From an uncultured bacterium (lineage in GTDB: Bacteria > Krumholzibacteriota > Krumholzibacteriia > LZORAL124-64-63), in contig CALMJK010000016.1 of the NCBI GenBank assembly GCA_937864225.1, positions 34,030 to 98,029 of the forward strand: a stretch of DNA of 64,000 bases, written 5' to 3'. The notes under the pieces are model-generated. The model searched no databases. It had not been told where the DNA came from and saw only the letters and a list, made by a program, of their open reading frames with translations. Positions 28,087-37,529 of this stretch are shown one piece after another. Position 1 is the first letter of the stretch, and each line of letters starts with the position of its first letter. A program made the position numbers and the translations under genes.

Positions 28087-30471
28087 ATGAACGAACGGGC
28101 CAAGGGCAAGATCGCCGACGCCGAACTCGCCGAGGGGCGCGTGCCGGACACCTTGCCGATCCTGCCGATCAGCGAAGCCGTCATCTTCCCGTACATGATG
28201 GTCCCGCTCGTGCTCAGCGACCGCAAGCTGATCCAGCTCGCGGACGACTGTCTCGCCGGAGACAAGGTCGTGGGCGCGTTCTCGCAGCGGCCGGAATCGG
28301 AGGACGAGGAGACTGAGCGGCCGGAGCACGAGCTGATCTATCACGTCGGAACGGCCGTGCGGATCCAGAAAATGCTGCGCTTTCCCGACGGCAGCATGCG
28401 GCTGCTGGGACAGGGGCTGGCGCGGGTCCGCATCGAGAAGTTCGAAAGCGTGCGACCTTACCTGAAGGCGCGCGTGGAGATCGTGCCGGAGGAGGACGAG
28501 CGCGATTCCCGGACGCTGGCCTACATGCGCGGCGTGGCCAACAACTTCATGAAGATCGTGGACGCCAGCGAGAGCCTGTCGGACGAGTTGAAGGTCGTCG
28601 TCATGAACATCGACGAGCCCGGACGGCTGGCCGATCTGATCGCGACCAATCTGGACATCGAGGTCGCGGAAAAGCAGAAGATTCTCGAAGAGGCTAGCCC
28701 CCGCCGTCGCCTGCAGGTGCTGGCCAAGCTCGTCATGCGCGAGCTGGAAATGGTCGAACTGGGCCAGAAGCTGCAATCGCGCGTGCGCAAGTCGATCGAC
28801 AAGGATCAGCGCGAATACTACCTGAGGCAGCAGTTGAAGGCGATCCAGCGGGAGCTCGGCGAGGTCGACGAGACATCTGTCGAGTTGGACGAGCTCAAGA
28901 AACACGTCGCGGAGGCCGAGCTGCCGGAGCACGTTCGGACCGCCGCCGAGCGTGAGTACGACCGGCTGTCCCGCATGTCGCCCGGGGCGAGCGAGTACAC
29001 GGTCAGCAAGACATACCTCGACTGGCTGCTCGAACTGCCGTGGCTGGTGTCGTCGGAGGACAAGCTGGACCTGCGCCGCGCCGAGCGCATTCTCGAGCGG
29101 GATCATTTCGGGCTGGAGGACGTCAAGGAACGGATTCTCGAGTACCTGGCCGTCCGCAAGCTGAAGAGCGACAATCGGGGGCCCATCCTGTGCCTGGTGG
29201 GACCGCCGGGTGTCGGCAAGACGTCGCTCGGGCGCAGCGTGGCGGAGGCGATCGGGCGCCGCTTCTTCCGCTTTTCGCTGGGAGGAATGCGCGACGAGGC
29301 GGAAATCCGCGGCCATCGGCGCACCTACGTGGGCGCGATGCCCGGGCGCCTGATCGCGGGCATCAAGGAATGCGGCACCAACAATCCGCTGATCATGCTG
29401 GACGAGATCGACAAGCTGGGACAGGACTTCCGCGGCGATCCCGCCAGCGCCCTGCTGGAGGTGCTGGACCCCGAGCAGAACAACAGTTTCACGGATCATT
29501 ACGTGGCCCTGCCCTTCGACCTTTCGCGGGTTCTGTTCATGACCACGGCGAACATGCTCGACACGGTCCCACGCCCGCTGCTCGACCGCATGGAGGTCAT
29601 CAACCTGCCGGGCTACACCAACCTCGAAAAGCTGGAGATCGGCAAGCGGTTCCTGGTGCCGCGTCAGCTGAAAGAGAACGGTCTCGATGCTCAGCTCGTG
29701 CGTTTCGCCGACTCGGCGCTGCAGCGCATCATCGCCATGCACACGCGCGAGGCGGGCGTGCGCGAGCTGGAGCGCCGGATCGGCGCGGCCTGTCGCAAGG
29801 TGGCGTGGGACGTCGCGAAGGGGAAGAGGAAGGTCCACCGGATCAACGCGCGCAATCTCGACGAGTATCTCGGCCAGGCGCCGTACAGCGACGAGCGGCT
29901 GCGGAGCCGGGCGAAGATCGGGGTGGCCACGGGCCTGGCCTGGACGTCGGTGGGCGGCAAGATCCTCTACTTGGAGGGGGTTCTGCTGCCGGGGGGCAGC
30001 GGGAATCTGAAGCTGACGGGGCAGTTGGGCAGCGTGATGCAGGAATCCGCCAGCGCGGCCTTTTCCTATCTGCGCAGCCGCTTCGGGGAGCGCTCCGAGC
30101 ACCGCGATTTTTTCCGGAAGCACGATCTGCACGTCCACATTCCGGCCGGCGCCGTCCCCAAGGACGGTCCCAGCGCGGGCGTGGCCATGGCCACGTTGAT
30201 GGTCTCGCTGTTGCTGCGCCGGCCGATCGACCGCCGCACGGCGATGACTGGCGAGATCACGCTGACCGGCGACGTGCTGCCCGTCGGCGGCGTCAAGGAA
30301 AAGGTGCTGGCGGCGCACCGCGCGGGGATCAACCGGGTGATCCTCCCGCTGGCCAACGAGGCGGACCTCGACGAGATCCCCAGCGAGGTGGCCGGCGACA
30401 TCGTCTTCGTGCCGATCCGGCACGTGGAACAGGCGTGGCGGGAGGTCTTCCCGAAGCTGAAGCTGGACTGA
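28087..30471 (+). CDS. lon: ATP-dependent Lon protease
   Basis: The protein has a LON N-terminal domain (LPILPISEAVIFPYMMVPL) and an AAA+ module with Walker A GPPGVGKTS. The proteolytic domain shows PKDGPSAG with the catalytic Ser and Lys. Confidence 0.95.
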   Translation: MNERAKGKIADAELAEGRVPDTLPILPISEAVIFPYMMVPLVLSDRKLIQLADDCLAGDKVVGAFSQRPESEDEETERPEHELIYHVGTAVRIQKMLRFPDGSMRLLGQGLARVRIEKFESVRPYLKARVEIVPEEDERDSRTLAYMRGVANNFMKIVDASESLSDELKVVVMNIDEPGRLADLIATNLDIEVAEKQKILEEASPRRRLQVLAKLVMRELEMVELGQKLQSRVRKSIDKDQREYYLRQQLKAIQRELGEVDETSVELDELKKHVAEAELPEHVRTAAEREYDRLSRMSPGASEYTVSKTYLDWLLELPWLVSSEDKLDLRRAERILERDHFGLEDVKERILEYLAVRKLKSDNRGPILCLVGPPGVGKTSLGRSVAEAIGRRFFRFSLGGMRDEAEIRGHRRTYVGAMPGRLIAGIKECGTNNPLIMLDEIDKLGQDFRGDPASALLEVLDPEQNNSFTDHYVALPFDLSRVLFMTTANMLDTVPRPLLDRMEVINLPGYTNLEKLEIGKRFLVPRQLKENGLDAQLVRFADSALQRIIAMHTREAGVRELERRIGAACRKVAWDVAKGKRKVHRINARNLDEYLGQAPYSDERLRSRAKIGVATGLAWTSVGGKILYLEGVLLPGGSGNLKLTGQLGSVMQESASAAFSYLRSRFGERSEHRDFFRKHDLHVHIPAGAVPKDGPSAGVAMATLMVSLLLRRPIDRRTAMTGEITLTGDVLPVGGVKEKVLAAHRAGINRVILPLANEADLDEIPSEVAGDIVFVPIRHVEQAWREVFPKLKLD

Positions 30472-30487
30472 GCGCGGGGAGGGGAAA

Positions 30488-31648
30488 GTGGCGCCGGGAC
30501 TGGTGGAAATCCTGCTGCGCCCGTGGCTGCGCCCGCGGGGGACCGAGCCGTTTCGCCTGCCCGGCGCGCTGGTCCCAGGCCGCCCCGTGCTGGTCGTCGA
30601 CAGCGGCGACACGGCGGAGCTGGCCTTCCACGCGCCCGTGCTGCGCGCCCTGCGCGATGGCTACCCGGAGGCGCCGCTCGCCTTCCTGCTGCAGCCGCGC
30701 CACGTGTCGCTCGTTGCCGCGTCGGGGCTGGGCCAAGCCTGGCGGACCTACGAGCCGAAGAGCCTGAGGCCGCTCACGCCACGGTTTTTGCGGCTGCTGC
30801 GCGCCGCGCGCGCGCAGCGCTGGCAAACGGCGCTGCTGCTGTCGCAGACGCCCAACCGTGAGCTGGAACTGCTGCTCCGGTCCGCGGGGGCGCCGTTGCG
30901 GCTGGGGCCGTCCCATCCGGACGCTTGGCCGGCGGTCACGCTCGAGATCCGGCGCCCGTCGGTCGACGCCACGTACCTGGGCGATCGTCCGGCGGCGGTC
31001 CTGCCCCTGCTGGGTCTGACGCGACCGATCGCGGCCCCGGCCTGGCCCCTGCCGGAGGATCGCGTGCGCCAGGCGCGACAACTCGTGCGTTTCAACAAGG
31101 CGAAACCGGACAATCTGCTCGTGGCGTGCGACCCCGCGCTGGGCAAGGTCGGGGCGGGACCCAGCGTGGCGCTGCTGCGCGGCCTGGCGGAACAACTGCT
31201 GGGCCGTTTGTCCTGCCAGATTCTGCCCCTGTCGGCCGACGCGGCCGAGCCGCGCCTCGGCGAGTTGTGCGCGCTGTTGCCGGCGATCCCGCCCGCTCTG
31301 CGCTGCGCGGACCTGCTCGAGACTCTGCTCATCCTGTCGCAGTGCGATCTGCTGGTGTCGGGCAACACCGATCTCTTCCATTGGGCGGTGGCGCTGGGCG
31401 TGCCGGCGGTGGGACTGTTCACGCCGGCGGACAGCGAGGAGTGGGAGCCCAAGGGGCGTCCGCGCACGGGACTGGCGAGGATCGGGGCGCAAGACCGCTT
31501 CGAGTTCGGGGCGCTTTTGTCGGTGCTGCGAGCGGCCGGCGTTCAGATCGGCGGCCCCGGCGCGCGGCTGGCGGCCGCGGCAGCCGCCGGCGGGGCGGAC
31601 TCCATCGTCACGGCGGATCGCGCGCGCGGTGTTCCCGAGGCGCAGTAG
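30488..31648 (+). CDS. Glycosyltransferase family 9 (LPS heptosyltransferase-like) #1
   Basis: The GT9 N-terminal pattern (LVVDSGDTAELAFHAPVLRALR..YP) and the C-terminal GNTDLFHWAVALGVPAVGLF motif identify the family. Confidence 0.7.
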   Translation: MAPGLVEILLRPWLRPRGTEPFRLPGALVPGRPVLVVDSGDTAELAFHAPVLRALRDGYPEAPLAFLLQPRHVSLVAASGLGQAWRTYEPKSLRPLTPRFLRLLRAARAQRWQTALLLSQTPNRELELLLRSAGAPLRLGPSHPDAWPAVTLEIRRPSVDATYLGDRPAAVLPLLGLTRPIAAPAWPLPEDRVRQARQLVRFNKAKPDNLLVACDPALGKVGAGPSVALLRGLAEQLLGRLSCQILPLSADAAEPRLGELCALLPAIPPALRCADLLETLLILSQCDLLVSGNTDLFHWAVALGVPAVGLFTPADSEEWEPKGRPRTGLARIGAQDRFEFGALLSVLRAAGVQIGGPGARLAAAAAAGGADSIVTADRARGVPEAQ

Positions 31649-31649
31649 G

Positions 31650-32747
31650 ATGCCGCCGCGACGCGCAGCGGCGGGCGCCCGCCGGCGTCTGCTGGTCGTG
31701 GCTCCCAATTGGCTGGGCGATCTGATCATGTGCACGCCGGCGCTGGCGCGGCTGGCGGCCTCGCCCGCGCGCGAGACCGGCGACCTGGAACTCATCTTGG
31801 GCGTGCGCTCGCGCTGGCTGGCGCTGGTCGCGCGCGACCCCCGCTGCGATCGACTCCTGCCGAGCCCGCGGCGGACCGGCCCGGCGGGCGTCATCGGCGC
31901 CGGGCGCGCTTGGCGCGCGCTGGCGCCGGACGCCGTGCTGTTGATGCCGCCGTCCCTGCGCGTGGCATTGGCGGCGCGGTTGGCGGGCATCCCGCGACGC
32001 ATCGGGCAGGTGAGCGATGCGCGCGGCTGGTTGCTGACGACGGCCGTGCCGCGGCGGGCGCGCGGCGCGCGACACTATGCGGACGAGTTGCTCGACCTGG
32101 CGGCGGCCGCGGAGGCGGCGCTGGACTTGGCTCCGCCCGCCGACCCGTCGCCGCCGCCGGCCTTGCCCGCTGCGCTGCGCGTGCCGGCCGACCCGCGGCT
32201 CGCGGGCAAGACGCCGGCCTGGGCGCTGGCCACCAGCGGCACCTACGGCGACGCCAAGAGCTGGCCGGCGGCGCGGGCGGCGTCTTTCGTGGATCGCGCG
32301 GTGTCGGAGTGCGGCGTGCGGGTGTTGCTGCTGGGCGACGCGGCGGCCAAGCCGGCGGCGGCGGCCGTGCGGGCGGCGAGCCGTTGCGTTTGGCGAGACG
32401 ACCCCGCGGGCGGTCCGGGGGGCGTCGACTTGACGGGCAGGACCGGTCTGGAGGAGGTCGTGGCGCTGCTGCGCGGCTGCGCGGGTTTCGTGGGCTGCGA
32501 CAGCGGATTGATGCATCTGGCCGCGTCGCTGGGCGTGCCCACGCTGGGGTTGTTCGGCTCGACGAACCCGGCGTGGACGGCGCCACGCGGCGCGCGTGTG
32601 GGCTTCCTGGCGGCCGAGGGCTTCGCCTGCAGCCCTTGCTATCGGCGCCGTTGTCCCATGACGGTCTACTGTCTGGACACGCTGGACGCGGCCCGGGTGC
32701 TGGACCGCGCGCGCGAGTTGATCCAGAAAACCCAGGAGCCGGGATGA
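31650..32747 (+). CDS. Glycosyltransferase family 9 (heptosyltransferase WaaF/WaaC-like) #2
   Basis: LLVVAPNWLGDLIMCTPAL and the C-terminal CDSGLMHLAASLGVPTLGLFG are the strongest GT9 signatures in the window. Confidence 0.75.
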   Translation: MPPRRAAAGARRRLLVVAPNWLGDLIMCTPALARLAASPARETGDLELILGVRSRWLALVARDPRCDRLLPSPRRTGPAGVIGAGRAWRALAPDAVLLMPPSLRVALAARLAGIPRRIGQVSDARGWLLTTAVPRRARGARHYADELLDLAAAAEAALDLAPPADPSPPPALPAALRVPADPRLAGKTPAWALATSGTYGDAKSWPAARAASFVDRAVSECGVRVLLLGDAAAKPAAAAVRAASRCVWRDDPAGGPGGVDLTGRTGLEEVVALLRGCAGFVGCDSGLMHLAASLGVPTLGLFGSTNPAWTAPRGARVGFLAAEGFACSPCYRRRCPMTVYCLDTLDAARVLDRARELIQKTQEPG

Positions 32748-33346
32748 CGCTCTGGCTGCCGGAACTGCCGCCCGCCGGCGGGCCACCCGCGGCGCGCCGC
32801 GGGACGCGCGCGCTGTTCCTGGATCGCGACGGTGTGATCATCGAGGACGCTCACTACTTGCACGATCCCGGGGGGGTCCGTCTGCTGCCGGGGGTCGCGC
32901 CAGCCCTGCGCCGCATGCGCGACGCCGGCTGGCTGCTGATCGGCGTCTCGAACCAGTCGGGGATCGGCCGGGGACTGTATGGCGAGCGGGAGTTCGCGGC
33001 CGTGCAGCGGCGCGTCGACGCCGAGTTGGCGTCGCGCGGGGCCTGGCTCGACGCCCTGTATTATTGCCCGCATGCCCCGCAGGCGGCGTGCGCCTGTCGC
33101 AAACCGGAACCGGGGCTGCTGCAGGAGGCGGCCGCGCGGTTCCACTGGACGCCGGAGCGCTCCTGGCTGGTCGGCGACAAGGCGACCGACATCGAGTTGG
33201 CGCGCAGGGCCGGGCTGAGCGCTTGCCTGGTGCTGACGGGGCGTGGAAGCGGGACGGTGGCCCAGGCGGCGCGGGAGGCGTCCACGCTGGTCTGTGCCGA
33301 CCTGTCCGCGGCCGTCGCGCACATCCTGGCGGAGGAGACGCCGTGA
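32744..33346 (+). CDS. gmhB: D-glycero-D-manno-heptose 1,7-bisphosphate phosphatase (HAD-IIIA, GmhB-like)
   Basis: The translation carries the FLDRDGVI motif and GVSNQSGIGRG. The C…C.C zinc-binding insert is present, as is the GDKATDIE motif. ATG 32744 overlaps the upstream gene's 3' end. Confidence 0.8.
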   Translation: MTLWLPELPPAGGPPAARRGTRALFLDRDGVIIEDAHYLHDPGGVRLLPGVAPALRRMRDAGWLLIGVSNQSGIGRGLYGEREFAAVQRRVDAELASRGAWLDALYYCPHAPQAACACRKPEPGLLQEAAARFHWTPERSWLVGDKATDIELARRAGLSACLVLTGRGSGTVAQAAREASTLVCADLSAAVAHILAEETP

Positions 33347-34548
33347 CCTGGAGCGTGGACGGCCGTCCGGTGCGTGAGGTCTTGGTCACGCGGCTGCGCT
33401 ACCTCGGGGACGTGGCCATGTCCACGGTCGTGCCGCGCGTGTTGCGCTTGGGCGATCCCGAACTCGCCGTTGATTTCCTGTGCGAGGAGACGCACGCCCC
33501 GCTGTTGTGGGGGCAGCCAGACTGCGTCCGCGTGCGCCCGCTGAGCGCGGGTCGCGCGGGGGCCGACGCTCGAGCGCGTCGCGCCGAGCACGACCGCGCG
33601 AACGGCGCCGTGCCCGCGCCTGAGCGGGGAGCGCGCCTGGAGGCGCCGCGCGGCGGAATGGGCATGGTCGCCGCCCTGCGCGCCGCGCGGTACGACCTGG
33701 CGATCGATCTCTTCTTCAACCCGCGCAGCGCCCTGCTGCTGGCGGCGGCCGGCGTGCGCGCGCGCATCGGCGGCGCCCGAGGTTTACGCCGACGGCTGTA
33801 CACTCATCACGCATGCGCGACGGAGTTGACGCGGCGGCCCCGGCTGCGCGAACTGGCGCCGGGGGGACTGGGCGATCACCTGTCCCGCTTGGCGCCGCTG
33901 CGCCACGCGGAGACCGGCCTGGCCTTTTTGGATTGGCTGGAGACGCTCACGCCCGGGGTTCCGCTGCGGCCGCGCGTGGCGCGACCGCCGCTGGACGACG
34001 GCGAGGCGCGAAGAGCCATGTCGGCGCTGGGCGTGGACGCGGCCGACGGTTTCGTGCTGCTCGCACCGGGCGCGACGTGGCCGGCGAAAGAGTGGCCGGC
34101 TGCCGCGTGGCGGGATCTGGCGGCGAGGTTGACGTCGGCGCAGCCGCGCCCGGTACTGTTCCTTTCGCCGCCCGCGCGCGCCGCGGCGTACGCGGCGGCC
34201 GCGGCGGCGGTGCCGAGCGGACGGGGCGGCCTTTTGCCCCCCCTGCGGTTGGCCGAGGCGTTGCGCGTGACGGCGGCGGCGACCCTCGTGATCGCCGTCG
34301 ATGGCGGCATCATGCACGCCGCCGTGGCGCAACAGCGGCCGACGCTCGCTCTCTTCGGCCCGACTGATCCCGCGCTCTGGTTCCCTTACGGAGGAGACGA
34401 GCGCTTTCGCGCGCTGGCCACCAGACCGGCTTGCCATCCCTGCGACCGACACGTCTGCGACGCGTTCATCTGCCTGCCGGACCTGCGTGTCGGCGATGTC
34501 CTGAGGGAGGCACTTTCGATGCTGTCGCCAGCGGAGCGGGGCGCGTGA
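33343..34548 (+). CDS. Glycosyltransferase family 9 #3
   Basis: GTG 33343 overlaps the gmhB stop (GTGA). The RLRYLGDVAMSTVVPRVLR pattern and the C-terminal DGGIMHAAVAQQRPTLALFGPTDP motif identify the family. Confidence 0.65.
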   Translation: MTWSVDGRPVREVLVTRLRYLGDVAMSTVVPRVLRLGDPELAVDFLCEETHAPLLWGQPDCVRVRPLSAGRAGADARARRAEHDRANGAVPAPERGARLEAPRGGMGMVAALRAARYDLAIDLFFNPRSALLLAAAGVRARIGGARGLRRRLYTHHACATELTRRPRLRELAPGGLGDHLSRLAPLRHAETGLAFLDWLETLTPGVPLRPRVARPPLDDGEARRAMSALGVDAADGFVLLAPGATWPAKEWPAAAWRDLAARLTSAQPRPVLFLSPPARAAAYAAAAAAVPSGRGGLLPPLRLAEALRVTAAATLVIAVDGGIMHAAVAQQRPTLALFGPTDPALWFPYGGDERFRALATRPACHPCDRHVCDAFICLPDLRVGDVLREALSMLSPAERGA

Positions 34549-35642
34549 GCTGCGGCGCCGGATGGCGGCTCGGCGCCGGGGGCGTGCGGCGTATTCTGGC
34601 GATTCGCCGGCACGCCCTCGGCGACGTGCTGGTCACTTTGCCGGCGTTGCAAGAGCTCGGCACGGCCTTCCCGCGCGCGACCATCGATCTCGTCGTGGAT
34701 CCTCCCTTCGCAGCGCTGCTGTCCGGCCTGGACCCGTGCGTGCGCGTCGTGCCGTGGCCGACGGCCCGGGCAGGGGCTGGCGGTGGTTGGCTGAGGGAGT
34801 TGCGCGCGGCGGGCTACGATCTGGCGATCGACTGGCTGGGCAGCCCGCGCACGGCGTTCTGGACGGCGATCAGCGGCGCGCCGACCCGCATCGGGTACGA
34901 TCTGCGCTGGCGCGCCTGGGCCTACAACGTGCGCGTGTCGCGCAACAGGGCGTGCGGCACGGCTCTGGCGCAGTACGCCGGCGAGGCATTTCTCGATCCC
35001 GTGCGGGCCTTGGGCGTGGCGGCGCGCGCGTGGCGACCGGCGACCCTGCGGCCGGCCGGCGCGATGAGCGCGGCCCATCGAACTTGGACCCGGGCGGTGC
35101 GCGGGTGGCCGCGACCCCTGGTGGGCTTGGTGCTGAGCGCGAGCTGGAGCGCCAAGGCCTGGCCGGTGGAGCAGGCCGCGCAGCTGTGCGCGCTGGCCAG
35201 GGCGGACGGCGCGAGCGTCCTGTTCGTGCCGGGCCCGGGCGAGGACGGATTGGCGCAGCGGTTGCGGAACGCCTCGCCCGAGACGCCGCACGCCCCGAGC
35301 ACGACGCTGCCGGAACTCGCCGACCTGCTCGGATTGCTCGACGTCCTGGTGGCGACGGATTGCGGCCCTCGTCACTTGGCGGCCTGCCTGGGCGTGCCGA
35401 CGGTCACGCTCTTCGGGCCGACCGATCCCCGCGGTTGGAACCAGGCGCACCCGGATCGGGTAGCAGCGCGCACGGGCGAGCCGTGTTCTCCGTGCGATCT
35501 GGTCACGTGCCCGGTGCCGGGCCACCCTTGCATGACCCGCTTGACGGGGGCGTTGGCCTGGGAGAAGGTGCAGGCGCTGCTGGCGCGCCGGGGCGTGCTG
35601 CGGGACCGACCGGGACGCGGGGAAGGTGAAGAGGAATCATGA
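34545..35642 (+). CDS. Glycosyltransferase family 9 #4
   Basis: GTG 34545 overlaps the upstream stop (GTGA). The IRRHALGDVLVTLPALQEL pattern and the C-terminal DCGPRHLAACLGVPTVTLFGPTDP motif identify the family. Confidence 0.7.
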   Translation: MSCGAGWRLGAGGVRRILAIRRHALGDVLVTLPALQELGTAFPRATIDLVVDPPFAALLSGLDPCVRVVPWPTARAGAGGGWLRELRAAGYDLAIDWLGSPRTAFWTAISGAPTRIGYDLRWRAWAYNVRVSRNRACGTALAQYAGEAFLDPVRALGVAARAWRPATLRPAGAMSAAHRTWTRAVRGWPRPLVGLVLSASWSAKAWPVEQAAQLCALARADGASVLFVPGPGEDGLAQRLRNASPETPHAPSTTLPELADLLGLLDVLVATDCGPRHLAACLGVPTVTLFGPTDPRGWNQAHPDRVAARTGEPCSPCDLVTCPVPGHPCMTRLTGALAWEKVQALLARRGVLRDRPGRGEGEEES

Positions 35643-36460
35643 GGACGCTGCCGCATCGGACGGGGTGGCTGGTGGTGATGCTCCTGGCTAGCATCGTCGC
35701 CGCGCAGGAGGAGAGCGGCGGCCAGGCAGCCGACTCTTCGGGCACGCTCGAGCCTTTGGGCGCGGTCGTGCCCGACAGCTTGGCGCGCGTGCCGTTCGGA
35801 CCGGGCGAGCGGCTTGTCTTCACGATCGATTACGGCCCGATCAACGCGGGCGAGGGCACGCTCGAGGTACGGGGACTCGTGGAGACCGACGGCCACCCCT
35901 GCTACCTGATCGAGAGTCGAGCGCGCTCCAATCGGTTTTTTTCGGCCTTCTATATGGTGCGCGACAAGGTCGTCTCGCACATGGACGCGCGCCGGTTGAT
36001 CTCGCGCTATTTCATGAAACGCCTGCGCGAGGGCGATTACCGGCAGAACGTCGAGGTCCGCTTTGACCACGCGGCCGGCAAGGCTCACTATTTGGACGGA
36101 CGGACCTTTGACACGATGCCCGGCATCCAGGACATCCTGTCGGCCTTCTATTTCGTGCGGGCTCTGCCGCTGGAGCCGGGACGGGTTTGGCATGTGCGGA
36201 CGCACAGCTCTCGCAAGGACTATCCTCTCGAGGTCATCGTGCACGGCCGGGAACGGGTGAAGGTGCCGGCCGGCGAATTCGACTGTCTCGTCGTCGAGCC
36301 GGTCATTCAGGGAGAGGGACTTTTTCAGCACGAGGGGAAGCTGACGATCTGGCTCAGCGACGACGACCTGCGGATCCCGGTGCTGATGAAGACGAAGGTG
36401 AAGGTCGGGTCCATCGACGCGTCGCTCAAGGAGTTCGTGGCGGGGAAGCCGCTGGTCTGA
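35639..36460 (+). CDS. DUF3108 domain protein (secreted)
   Basis: A signal peptide is followed by the FTIDYGPINAG…LTIWLSDD..RIPV…KVGS pattern typical of DUF3108. The start overlaps the upstream stop (ATGA). Confidence 0.7.
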   Translation: MRTLPHRTGWLVVMLLASIVAAQEESGGQAADSSGTLEPLGAVVPDSLARVPFGPGERLVFTIDYGPINAGEGTLEVRGLVETDGHPCYLIESRARSNRFFSAFYMVRDKVVSHMDARRLISRYFMKRLREGDYRQNVEVRFDHAAGKAHYLDGRTFDTMPGIQDILSAFYFVRALPLEPGRVWHVRTHSSRKDYPLEVIVHGRERVKVPAGEFDCLVVEPVIQGEGLFQHEGKLTIWLSDDDLRIPVLMKTKVKVGSIDASLKEFVAGKPLV

Positions 36461-36548
36461 GCCCGGCGGAAGGGGGAGAGCTTTGGACGACGGGCGTGAC
36501 AGGGATCGGCCCGGAGATCCGCCCAAGCGCGCCTGGCCGGAGGCGGAC

Positions 36549-37529
36549 ATGAGTGGCGTGCGCCGCCTGCCGTTTCGGGCACGGTTGAACAAGGTGGCCG
36601 TCGAGGATTTCGGCGCGCCGGCCGGCGCGGACGGCGGGCGCGGAGCCTTCGCCGCGCTGCTGGACCGCTTGCCTCGCCAACTCGCCGCGCAGCACCTGCG
36701 CCTGCTCGTGACGCGCCTGCAAAAGGCGCGGCGCGAGGGCCGCGTCATGCTCTGGATGCTCGGCGGCCATGTCGTCAAGACGGGCGTGGCCCCGTACCTG
36801 ATCGATCTCATGGACCGTGGTTATGTGACGGCCATCGCCGTCAACGGCTCCACGTCCATCCACGACGTGGAAATTGCGCTGTTCGGCAGGACCAGCGAGG
36901 ATGTCGCGCGCAATCTCGAGGACGGCAGTTTCGGCATGGCCGCCGAGACGGGCGACTTCTGTTTCGCGGCCTATCGCGCGGCGGTGACCGCGGGCTGCGG
37001 CATGGGCGAAGGGCTGGCGCGCGCCCTGGCGCGGGCAGAGGCGCCGCACCGCGAGGTGAGCCTGCTGCACGCGGCGTGGGCGCGCGACCTGCCCTGCACG
37101 GTGCATGTCGCGCTCGGAACTGACATTCTCCACCAGCAGGCGGGCGCGGACGGCGCGGCGATCGGCGAATTGTCCATGCGGGACTTCCGCATCCTGGCCG
37201 GCGTGGCGCAACGCTTCGCGCCGGAGGCCGTGGTGGTCAATCTCGGCTCCGCCGTCGTGCTGCCGGAGGTTTTCCTGAAGGCCTACACGGTGGCGCGGAA
37301 TCTGGGTTGCCGTCCGACGCGGCTGACCACGGCCAACCTGGACATGCTGCAGCATTACCGCCCGCGCGAGAACGTATTGCAACGCCCCGTGGCCTGGGGC
37401 GGGGACGCGATCCCGCTGACGGGGCACCACGAGATCATGGTGCCGCTGTTGCAGGCGATCCTGGCGGACGCGGATGCCGTGGAGAAGGGCGCCGGCGGCG
37501 CGACAGCGGGCGGACGGGAGCGGTCATGA
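36549..37529 (+). CDS. Deoxyhypusine synthase-like protein (putative)
   Basis: Segments align to eukaryotic and archaeal DHS: WMLGGHVVKTGVAPYLIDLMDRGYVTAIAVNGSTSIHDVE versus the LGYTSN…VDVLVTTAGGVEED region, and AAWARDLPCTVHVALGTD versus YWAQKNHIPVFSPALTDG. The comparison is from memory, not a database search. Confidence 0.5.
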   Translation: MSGVRRLPFRARLNKVAVEDFGAPAGADGGRGAFAALLDRLPRQLAAQHLRLLVTRLQKARREGRVMLWMLGGHVVKTGVAPYLIDLMDRGYVTAIAVNGSTSIHDVEIALFGRTSEDVARNLEDGSFGMAAETGDFCFAAYRAAVTAGCGMGEGLARALARAEAPHREVSLLHAAWARDLPCTVHVALGTDILHQQAGADGAAIGELSMRDFRILAGVAQRFAPEAVVVNLGSAVVLPEVFLKAYTVARNLGCRPTRLTTANLDMLQHYRPRENVLQRPVAWGGDAIPLTGHHEIMVPLLQAILADADAVEKGAGGATAGGRERS

